NCBI GenBank assembly: GCA_918797485.1
Contig: CAKKNE010000003.1
Span: 4,712,001 to 4,776,000 of the forward strand
Direction: 5' to 3'
Length of the DNA: 64,000 nt
From: Pelagomonas calceolata
Lineage: Eukaryota
The notes under the pieces are model-generated. The model had not been told where the DNA came from. It saw only the letters and a program-made list of their open reading frames with translations, and ran no database searches. Below, piece by piece: positions 1-9,303 of this stretch (position 1 is its first letter; each line of letters starts with the position of its first letter). The position numbers and the translations under genes are program-made.

Positions 1-44
1 ACTGCGCCTCCCAGCAACCTCTGTCGAACCCCGAGCGGCCGCAC

Positions 45-1775
45 ATGCAGCAGCTCTTCACGACGAGCGTGACGGAGGCCCAGCTCCGCGCGCACGTGGT
101 GGACGCGCGCGGCGCGTACCTCGCGGCGCCGACGAGCTCGGCGCGGCGCGACACGCCCGGCAACCGCTGGACGGCCGGCCGGGCGAAGCTGGTAGGGGAG
201 GAGATCGACGCGCGACTGGCGTCGCCGCTCCACGACAAGCGCCCGCCGGCGGCCGCGCTCGCGACCCTGAGGTACGCCTGGTCGCACCTGCGCTGCGGCG
301 TCTACGTCCTGATCCGGGACGGTCGCGTTAAAATTTTCGCGCCGTTCTGCAACCAGGACTACGCGAACGGCTGGGGCGCCTCCCTCAGGTTGGGGGGCGA
401 CCTGGGCGTCGACGCCTACTACAGGCGGAAGCGGGAGAGGTGCGGCGGCCGCGAGGAGTTCGTGCTCAAGGACAAGTCGGCGTGGTGGGCGAACGGCAAC
501 GTCGTCTGCAACGAGCACTCGCAGGAGGGGCTGCCCGCCCATCTGTCGCAGCTCTGGGGCGACCGGTTCCTGGCGCCCTTGAGGCACATGCTCGACGAGG
601 TCTGCGCGACGCGGCGCGTCGGCGACTGCGAGTTTTTCGTAAACAAGCGGGACTACCCGCAGCTCAAGGCGAACGCGTCGGAGCCCTACGGGTTCATGAT
701 CGACAGCGACGACCGCGACCCGGCGCAGGACGCCACGCTGCCGCGACTCAGGCGGGGGACGAAGCTCGCCCCGGTGCTGTCCTTTTATACTTCCTCCGTC
801 TTCGCCGACCTCGCGCTGCCGCCGTCCGAGGACTGGGAGGCGGCCGTCGGCGAGGTCTTCCCGCCGTCGTTCGAGCACAAGGACGGAGCTCCTCAGGTCA
901 AGCCGCGCGACCTGTTCACGGAGGCCAAGTTCCGAAAGTTCGAGAGGAGCTGGGCGGACAAGAGGGAGACGGCGTTCTTCCGCGGCACGGCCACCGGCGG
1001 CGGCACCTCTACGGAGACGAACCAGCGCCTCGCGCTCGCGGCCCTCGATTGTCGGACCGAGGGCGGCCTGATCGACTGCAAGCTGACGGGCTGGAACCGC
1101 CGGGACAAGAAGGTGTTCGACGGGCCCGTGACCCACGTCGACCCGGCCGACTTTCGCTTCGCCGCGGGGCGCCAGAACTTCGTGCCGATCTTCGAGCAGT
1201 CCGCTTATAAATATCTGATCTACGTCGAGGGCCACTGCGCCGCCTGCCGCTACGGGTTCATGATGCGGTTGGGGAGCGTGATCCTCAAGGTCGAGTCGCG
1301 GTGCGTCGCCGATCGCACGTGGTACATGCCGCTCCTGCGGCCGTGGGTCGACCACGTGCCGGTGCGCGCCGACTTGTCCGATCTGCTGGATAAAGTGCGG
1401 TGGTGCCGGGCGCACGACGAGGCTTGCAAAAAGATCGCGCGAGAAGCGCGCCGGCTCTGGGACGCGTATTTGGATCGCGACGGCGTCCTGGACTACCTCG
1501 CCTTGACGCTGAACAAGGTCTCCGAGAGCGCCGTGCGACCGCCGGCGTGGCTCGGCGACGCGGACGCGCGGTCGCGGGCGCCGCCCGCGCTCGGCGCGCC
1601 TCGCGCTGACTGCGTCGACGGCGCCCCGTGCGCGCGGTGCGCTTCCGACGCGAGCGCGGCGCGCGCGGCCGCGGCGCCTTTGCAAAAGAGCGCGCCCACC
1701 GCGGCGCAGCCCCGGACGGGGGCCGGCGACGCGGCGCTCCGCGCGCGGCGGCTCAAGCGGCGGCGGGGCGATTAA
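45..1775 (+). CDS. Glycosyltransferase family 90 (CAP10/POGLUT/KDELC-like) protein
   Basis: Motifs FFVNKRDYP, AFFRGTATG and YKYLIYVEGHCAACRYGFMMRLGSVILK...LRPWVDHVPVRADLSDL...IA are typical of GT90. Confidence 0.85.
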   Translation: MQQLFTTSVTEAQLRAHVVDARGAYLAAPTSSARRDTPGNRWTAGRAKLVGEEIDARLASPLHDKRPPAAALATLRYAWSHLRCGVYVLIRDGRVKIFAPFCNQDYANGWGASLRLGGDLGVDAYYRRKRERCGGREEFVLKDKSAWWANGNVVCNEHSQEGLPAHLSQLWGDRFLAPLRHMLDEVCATRRVGDCEFFVNKRDYPQLKANASEPYGFMIDSDDRDPAQDATLPRLRRGTKLAPVLSFYTSSVFADLALPPSEDWEAAVGEVFPPSFEHKDGAPQVKPRDLFTEAKFRKFERSWADKRETAFFRGTATGGGTSTETNQRLALAALDCRTEGGLIDCKLTGWNRRDKKVFDGPVTHVDPADFRFAAGRQNFVPIFEQSAYKYLIYVEGHCAACRYGFMMRLGSVILKVESRCVADRTWYMPLLRPWVDHVPVRADLSDLLDKVRWCRAHDEACKKIAREARRLWDAYLDRDGVLDYLALTLNKVSESAVRPPAWLGDADARSRAPPALGAPRADCVDGAPCARCASDASAARAAAAPLQKSAPTAAQPRTGAGDAALRARRLKRRRGD

Positions 1776-2097
1776 CCTCTGGAGTTTGTCGATAGTCACA
1801 AGGCTACCATCGTTTCCGCGGAGCCGGTCGGGTGCGATCAAGGACGGGCACGCGTTGCGCGCGACGGAATGGACTAGTCAACTTGAATTCGGGTTTTGGG
1901 GCACGCCTAGGGAGGGGTCTCGGGGGGGCTATCCCCCGCGGGCGTGTACGTAAGCTTGCTGCCAGAAGCGTGCGATAATTGCAATTGATTTTGACTTAAG
2001 GCGCAATGTTATATGTATCTATAGGTTTCTATATCTTTTTTAACAACGGAGGTGGCCCGGTCGCCCGGTCGCCCCCGGCCGACAGCAGATAGACAGG

Positions 2098-3184
2098 ATG
2101 CCGGCGACCATCGACAAGAACGACCTTAGGGTCAGGCAGCGACAGGTGCACTTCGCCGAGACGGGCAGCTGCTTCGACAGCACGAACTTCGAGGCGATCA
2201 CGGTGCGCGCCGGCGGCCACGAGAGCTTGCCGAGAAGGCGCGTGAACGCCGAGGCCTTCGGGAATTCCCGGCGGACGCGGCGCGAGCTTCCAAGTGATTT
2301 CCTGAAAAAGGGCACGGGCACCGGCGGCACGGACGCGCGGCCGGCGCCGGCCGAGGAAGTAAAGAAGAGGCAGGCCCCAAAATCAAAACTGATGGACTTC
2401 CAGGCCTTCGCCGAGCGGCCGAACCCGCCGAACACGGAGTTTCGTAGGTTCTACGAGCGGGGGGACCTGCCGGTGCAGGTCGACCATGGCGGCGTGTCGA
2501 ATAGGGTCGCGTGGAAGGTCGACGTGCAGAAGCTGGACTTCCACCACTACCTGCCCATCTTCTTTGATGGTTTGCGGGAGGTCGAGCAGCCCTACGCTTT
2601 TTTGGCGGAGCAGGGCGTCTACGACATGATGTCCAGCGGCTGGCAAAAGGTGTTGCCCTGCGAGGTAATCAAAAGGCCAAGGCGCCCTCTTCAATCCGGG
2701 TCGTTGTCGCGTGCGAGGCCCCGTCTCCTTGCTATCAATCGTTCGAATGCGTCCAACCTGGCCACACACGGTTTTTTCTCGGGATGACCGAACTCACTCG
2801 TCGCCTTATCCGCAGGTGTTGCCGGTCGTGCCGCAATTAATCATTCCCATCAAGACGGCGCTCAACACTCGATCCAAGCCGGTGATCGTGAAGGTGCTGA
2901 AGGTCCTCCAGGCCCTCGTGGCGTGCGACTGCGTGCCCGAGGGCCAGCATCTCATCGGGCAGGCCCTCGTGCCGTACTACCGCCAGATCCTCCCGGTGCT
3001 CAACATCTTCGTGCGGTCGAACGACAACCTGGGCGACGGCATCGACTACGGCCAGCAGCGCCGCGAGAACCTGGGCGAGCTCATCGCCGAGACGCTCGAG
3101 CACTTCGAGGTGCACGGCGGGGAGGACGCGTTCATCAACATCAAGTACCTCGTTCCCGTCTACCAGTCCGTCGTCGTCGCGTGA
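2098..3184 (+). CDS. PACRG: Parkin co-regulated gene protein (axonemal); exons 2098-2649 and 2816-3184
   Basis: [71 protein letters not shown]; removing 2650-2815 (GT..AG) joins the two ORFs in frame. Confidence 0.95.
2650..2815 (+). mobile_element. Introner-type intron (GT-AG) in PACRG
   Basis: Perfect 8 bp direct repeat GTGTTGCC at 2650-2657 and 2816-2823; imperfect inverted ends CTGCGAGGTAA...TTATCCGCAG. Confidence 0.85.
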
Positions 3185-3607
3185 GGCGGGAGGTGGACCC
3201 CCTTGTCCTCCCGGCGAGTAGACCGGCGGGGACACAATAAAACTTTACCTCGACTCAGCCGAGCTACTCGCGGCGGGTGGTCGTCGTCGTCGTCGTAGTT
3301 TAGACTTGTAGCTATCGCGGGGCGGCCCCCGGAGCCCGGCCCGGGATTGGCCCAGGCCACCGCCGCAAAGTCCGCCGCACCGCGACCGGGACTCGAAGGA
3401 GGAAGCTTACCGTGACGCCCGCTAACTGGTGCCGACTACTTTCTCGTAGATAGACGGAGGACGCAGAGGCCACATCTCGCCGCCAGGCGGTCTTCGCCCC
3501 CGCCCGGCCAGGCCGCCGCCGCGCCGCGCCCTCAGGCACCTCTCAGGCACCCCAAGGGCGACAATTCCACAGCGTCTTCGGCCGAACGTCACCACAACAG
3601 AGATTAA

Positions 3608-5007
3608 TTACGACGGCTTCTTGACGGACCGTCCGAGCCTCGGCGGGTAGAACGGCCGCATCATGAAGATGAGCGAGCCGCGCAGCGGGCGGAACACGTC
3701 CGGCGCCGCGGCGGCCGCGCGCGCGTCCGTCAGGTACGCCTGGTACGGGAGGAAGGAGTAGCCGAGCAGCGCGAACTTTGTCGCGCACCAGCCGCGCGCC
3801 GCCGCCGCCGCCGCGAGGCCCGCCTCCGCGGCCCGCCGCAGGGGCCGCCGCCGCCGCCGCGCGACCACCGCCGACGCGTTGCGCTTCGCCATCGACGACC
3901 GCGCGAGCCACTGGTCGGCGGCCGACGCGTTCGCGGCCGACGCGTTCGCCGCGGCCAACGCAGGCCCGCGCGCCAACGCGCGCGCCGCGCGCGCCAGCGC
4001 GCGTTCGGCGACGCGCTCGGCGAAGTCGTACGCGTAGCCGAGGCCCGGCGCGTACATGAACCACGGCCGCAGCCGCACCGGGCTCCTGAACTCCCCGGGC
4101 ACGTCGACGGCGCGCACCGCCACGGTTCTCGAAAAAGAGACGCCGACGCGCCGCACGCCGCCCCGGGGGCCCGTCGGCCACGACGTCCGCGGTACCGCGG
4201 TGGCGTTCGTCGCGTTTTGGGGACGACCCGCGGCGCGGACCGCGCGGCAGCCGCGCGCGAGCACGTCGACGGGGTAGCTCACCGAGAGCACGAACGCGAC
4301 GGCGCAGAGGTCGCTTCGCCGGGGCGGATAGATGATGGCCAGCGCCGTGGCCATGGGCAGGTAGTGCGACCGGCGCTCCCAGAACCCAAAGTTCGGCGTC
4401 AGCGGCAGCTGCACCACGAGGCCCATCTGCCCGCCCGCGTCGACCGTGTGCGCGCAGCCGAGGCCGAAGCCGCGAAACGCGAAGTCTCGCCGCAGCGCCC
4501 GGAGCGGCGCCGCCGGGGCGCGCGAACGGACGGCCTTTGGCTCCGCGCGGGGTTCCGCCGCGGGCGCCGTCCCCCGGTCGGCGCCCCGGCGCCGCATGAC
4601 GCGCAGCCAGCGCCGCCGCCGGAACGGCCCGCCCTCGGCATCGTACGGGCCCGCGCGCGCCGCGGCGTACTCCCAGCCGTCGACGCCGCGGCTCCCGTCG
4701 GAGATCCAGTCGCTCGCCCAGCGCCAGCCCCGGGGCGCCGTCGCGCGGCGCTCGGCGTCGACGTCGTCGCCGCGCGCGGTCGCGTAGCCCACCAGCTCGT
4801 AGGCGCCTGTGTGCAGACCAGCCGCGCGATCAGGCGCCGCGGCTTATCTTAATTGTTTGCGCACTGGTGGGCGCGCGTGCCCTCCGTCCGCCGTTCGACC
4901 TCGAAGACCTCGACGAGTTGCTGCTGCGCCGCCGCCGCCGCTGCCTCGGGCGCCGCCGCCGCCCCGAGGAAGACGCACCAAAGCAGGCATAATATCCGCG
5001 GTGGCAT
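3608..5007 (-). CDS. Signal-peptide protein with a DysF/peroxin (Pex24p)-like domain; exons 5007-4875 and 4806-3608 (443 aa)
   Basis: Spliced N-terminus MPPRILCLLWCVFLGAAAA...VEVFEVERR; PRGWRWASDW...DGWEYA...RRRRWLR matches the DysF pattern. Confidence 0.65.
4807..4874 (-). mobile_element. Introner-type intron (GC-AG)
   Basis: TSD GCGCCCAC/GCGCCTAC (7/8); ends CAGTGCGCAAACAA...TGGTCTGCACACAG; removal restores the frame. Confidence 0.75.
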
Positions 5008-5150
5008 CCGGTCAAAACCACGACGCACAGGCTGAGTCTTGCCACACTGGCTGATTGTTAGTAATAATTCCCCAGCTCCGTCAAGCGCGCGAGCCAGGGG
5101 GACCGGTACTGATCTCTGAGCTGCGGTATATTGTACTTAGTACCACGGTA

Positions 5151-7067
5151 GGGCTTATAGCAATATAGAGTGTCCTTAGACCTCTTTATTCAATATAGAG
5201 AGGGCTTAGAGAATTAATGTCAATATGGAGATTGTGTAAGAGTGCTTACATAAGCAAGGTAGTTAAGCGCGCGCTCACTCCATATTGAAAGATATGGTGT
5301 AAGCCCCCTCCATACTGATTTATGCGGAACCTGGATTATACGGCCGTATTATAACTTCTTCGCGGTGAGCGCGTGGTCTGACTATGCTACGACGTCGTGC
5401 CCGTCGTTCTTGGGTATTACACCAGCGGTTTGAGGTTCACTAGTGCGGCGCCGGAAACGCCGCTAGTGCAGCGCGACGCTGCTGGGCCAGCTGGGCCCTC
5501 GGTTAATATTGGATGGGTGTGGATCCGGTGTGTGCTACTTGACGGCACGTCCGCAATAATAGGGGATCCACTGGCTGTTTTGTGCGGTCGCTAGCTGCAG
5601 TTGCCAGCGCCGCGGACTGGCCAGGCGACTGCCAAACTTTTCTCATCAGTATCTGATCGTTGTTGTCGCACCCCAAGGATGTCAAGGGACTGCCTCTTGC
5701 TTGTACTGGATTTGCGCTGGGTTCCAGTACAATGTGCGTGCTGGTATTGCGACGCTGGGGCAGCTTCACTGCTTTCGATGATCCATATTAGTCGTCTCTC
5801 CTCGAAGTCACATACCCAGTGGGTCATCGGGCGCCCTGTTTGCAGTCGTTCGGCTGTGTGCGTTTTTTGCTGGAGCTGGATCTACTTTCAGATGCATCTC
5901 GGAAGGGCTGCACTGGGGCTGCGTTCGCCCCCCCCCCGGACCACTAGCATCGGAGGCTTCGCCCTCGCTAGCGAGTCTAATATGCCAAATGTTTTACCAA
6001 TTTATTCCACGTTCCCGCGCCCCCACACGCGCCGGCATGGGGGAGGTGTCTTCAAGGAAAGGTGTATAAATAAATGATCCCCAAAATTCAGAATTCACCA
6101 TAGTTGGTCGCCGAGACCTACTGTTTAAACGTAGCGGCCGAAGGACATATCCGCGCGGCTCCCGGAATGCACTGTACAGAGGGGCAACTTATAACGCTGG
6201 GCAAATAAATTATCCAAAAGAGTATCGGCGACCCCATTATGATGGTGGACCGTGACACCGTTGTTCTATTTACAATCGACCGACTTGCCGAATCTCCACA
6301 ATAGGCAGTCCGTAGGCATTCTCGATGTTTGTACGTTTCCCCTGCTTTCAGCCGCGGCCCATTTGCATCAGCAAGTTGCCTTGGCATAAATGCGGGGTGG
6401 TCTGGCTCTGATCATCATCGTCACGTAAATTTAAGTATCCGCCGCCGCCGGGGCGCGGCTTGCGGAAACCTGTAACAATTTTTTGCAACTGCCAGGCGGT
6501 AATATAAGGAAGCCATGTCCTATAACTATTCCCATCAACTTTCTCAAGAACGCAAAACGCGTACTGCAGTTTCTCCGTAAATGGCAAAACGCGACTGCCA
6601 CCCCTACAAATTAGAGGGGTGTGGGGGGCTGCTTCCTCTGTAGGAGTGATTATTACGTTGTTCACACCCAATCTCTTAAGGTGCGCTTCAAGCTGCTGCT
6701 TGGGGAAAATATAGTTATTGTGTTGTCCATCTTGGTTTATGAACCAATGGGAAACTGATCCATCATTATTAATTCGTTCAAACGCATACCAGCCACTTTG
6801 TCCGATAAGCTCGCAGACCGTGTAGAAGCCACCTTGCCCGACGCGAATGCCGGTGTTGCGTGGGGGAGGACATTGATACTGGAATGACATGTTGCGCGCG
6901 CCCTATACAGCTAAGCCTAAAGGATTGCGAAATGGGGGGGGTTCCCACGAAGCGCCCTCCATATTGACATATTTTTCCGTAAGGCACCTCCATATTACAG
7001 TTCTTAGTGTACCGTCCCTCTATATTGGTGTATAGTGTCTAAGCCCCCTCTATCTTACTAGCGTCCC
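5151..7067. mobile_element. Non-autonomous Mutator-like (MULE) element with low-GC cargo
   Basis: Perfect 9 bp TSD ACCACGGTA (5142-5150, 7068-7076); GGG...CCC termini; about 90 bp ungapped imperfect TIRs built of CAATATRGAG units at about 30 bp spacing. Confidence 0.8.
6348..6890 (-). pseudogene. Low-GC cargo ORF (180 aa) of unknown function, probably degenerate
   Basis: ATG-initiated ORF in AT-richer DNA inside the MULE-like element; codon usage differs from host genes. Confidence 0.4.
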
Positions 7068-7251
7068 ACCACGGTACCATGGTACCCCCCCCTAGCCAAG
7101 GGGTACCTACGGTACATGTATTGTACTTAGTACCACTTGCGCGCGCGAGCATAGTCGCTTTGCTGGTATAGGCGCGATTGCGCGGCAGGCTGGGGTCCCC
7201 CCGTGCCTAGTTGCGCTCCGCACAGTGCCGCGAGGCGCCGCGCCGCCACAC

Positions 7252-8931
7252 ATGAAGGCCAAGAAGGCCGCCCAGGTGCTGGGCGTAAATGAGGGCGACG
7301 ACGAGGCGACGATCACGGCGGCCTTCCGCACGCGCGCCGCGCAGTGGCACCCCGACCGGAACGAAGGAAACCGAGACGAGGCGACGCGCCGCTTCGAGGA
7401 GATCAACCGCGCGTTTCGCGCGCTGAACCAGAACGGGAACACAGCGGGGGAGGCGATGGACCTGAGCGAGATGCTCCTGTTCTTCCAGTTCATGATGGGC
7501 GGCGCGTCGCAGCCGACCGAGGACGCGGCGGCGCTGAGCGTGTCCGAACTAAAGAAGCGCCTCGAGGAGCGGGGCGTGGACTACGCGGGCTGCGTGGAGA
7601 AGTCCGACCTGGTGGAATTGTTGGAGCGGGAGACGGCCGAGGACCAGCGGCGCGTCGCGAAGGCCCGGCGCGCGGCGCGGAAGAAGGCCCAGCAGCGCCG
7701 GAAGAAGGCCCGGGAGAAGGCCGAGCGGAACTCGAGCGAGGAGCAGGACGCGGCGCTCGTGCGGGTCGCGGACGCGGTGTCGAGCGGCGACGCGGCGCTG
7801 GCCCGGAGCGCGCTGGACGAGGCCGAACGTGCTCACCTGGCGCCGGGCGACAAGTACGCGCGGCTCTTCGAGCACGCGCGCGAGCTCGTGCGCCGCGCCG
7901 ACGAGGACGAGGCGAGGGCGCGGGAGGCGGCCGCGAGCGAGAAGGCGTCCCGCGAGAAGCTCGAGGCGAAGAAGGAGCGGCGCGAGGCCCGCCGCAGGGC
8001 CGAGGAGCGGGCCGAGGCCGAGGCGCGGCGGAAGAAGGAGCTCCGGGAGGCCGCGCGCAAGGAGAAGAAGCAGAAGCGGCGCGAGGCGCGCGCCGCGGCG
8101 GCGCCGCCGGCGCCGGCGCCGGCGCCGCGCCCGGCCGGCGGCGCGCCGCCGCGCGCCGACGCCGCGCCGCCGCCCCGCGCGGAGCAGGCGCCGCCGCGGC
8201 CCGTCGACCTGGAGGAGCTCGAGGCGGAGCAGCTGCGGCGCGCCCTGGAGGCGTCCGCCGCCGAGGCCGAGGCCGAGGCCGAGCGCGCGAAGCAGGCGAA
8301 GCGCGAGGCCGAGCGCCGCGAGCACGAGGAGCGGCGCGCGCGCGAGCGCGCGCTGCAGCGCGAGTGGAACGCGACGCAGCGCCAGGCGCACGCGCGGCAG
8401 GAGGTCGAGCGCGCGGACACGGCGCGGCGCGAGCGCGAGCTCCAGCGCGCGTCGGCGACGGCCGCGGCCGTCGCGCTGAGCGGCCTGGACCTGGGTTTCG
8501 GGCCGCCCGGCTCCGACTTCGACGACGCCGAGCCGCGGCGGCCGCCGCCGCGGGGGGGCGACTTCCCGGGACTGGGCGAGCGGCCGGCGCCGCCGCCGCC
8601 GGCCTTCGCGCCGCCGCCGCGCCAGAACTTCTACGGCGCGGCCGGCTCGCTGGCGCCGCCGCCGCACGCGGCGCCCGCGTACGGATTTCAGGAGCCGCCG
8701 GCCGCGCCCGCGCGGCAGTGGAACGACTCGTCGCTGCGGGCGGCCCAGGGCCTCGAGACGCGCGCGCCGGAGTTCGTGCCCGGCGCCTACGGCGGCGGCT
8801 TCGCCGCCGGCGGCTACGGGGGCTTCGGCCTCGCCAACGGGGCGCCCGCGGACGAAGACGCGTACCCCGAGGGCGGCATGGGCGGCATCATCGAGGCGTC
8901 GCTCGACAGTCTGGTCGGCGGCGACGCGTAG
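7252..8931 (+). CDS. DnaJ (J-domain) protein with SAP/ARMET_C-like motif, coiled coil, UIM-like and PAM2-like motifs
   Basis: QVLGV...AAQWHPDRN...FEEINRAF (HPD); LSVSELKKRLEERGVDYAGCVEKSDLV; EELEAEQLRRALEAS; LETRAPEFVPG. Confidence 0.85.
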   Translation: MKAKKAAQVLGVNEGDDEATITAAFRTRAAQWHPDRNEGNRDEATRRFEEINRAFRALNQNGNTAGEAMDLSEMLLFFQFMMGGASQPTEDAAALSVSELKKRLEERGVDYAGCVEKSDLVELLERETAEDQRRVAKARRAARKKAQQRRKKAREKAERNSSEEQDAALVRVADAVSSGDAALARSALDEAERAHLAPGDKYARLFEHARELVRRADEDEARAREAAASEKASREKLEAKKERREARRRAEERAEAEARRKKELREAARKEKKQKRREARAAAAPPAPAPAPRPAGGAPPRADAAPPPRAEQAPPRPVDLEELEAEQLRRALEASAAEAEAEAERAKQAKREAERREHEERRARERALQREWNATQRQAHARQEVERADTARRERELQRASATAAAVALSGLDLGFGPPGSDFDDAEPRRPPPRGGDFPGLGERPAPPPPAFAPPPRQNFYGAAGSLAPPPHAAPAYGFQEPPAAPARQWNDSSLRAAQGLETRAPEFVPGAYGGGFAAGGYGGFGLANGAPADEDAYPEGGMGGIIEASLDSLVGGDA

Positions 8932-9303
8932 TAGGTGGCCGCGCCGCGCCGGGCCGTAACACACTTTTCCTCTCACCGAGCGATCAGCTACGTCCGTTGG
9001 TTGGAGCGCCGCCCTTCAAGTTCTTGGGTGGACTCGGTGCCGTGTTGCTAGGTTGGCATTTACCTGAGGGGTTATTACCCCTGGCGCCGCCCGGGGTTAA
9101 TAACCCGGGTAATTACCGGTTAGTGCGGGTTATTTACCTCAGGGTCTTATAGAGGGGTAGGGGAAGGGGCCTCACGGGCCACTGGCGCGGCCCGGGGCCT
9201 AAGTGGGGGGCAGGTGAATCGTAGTGGGAGTCTTCAAGTTATATGCGTGGGGAGGGTCGGTCGAGCTTCTTTCGGCCGCGGGGAGGGGGGGGGGGGCGTG
9301 TTC

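Noticed and set aside
5151..5320. CRISPR-like array from the 30 bp periodic CAATATRGAG units
   Set aside because: Units are short, degenerate and mirrored at the far end of the element as TIR subrepeats; eukaryotic context and no cas genes
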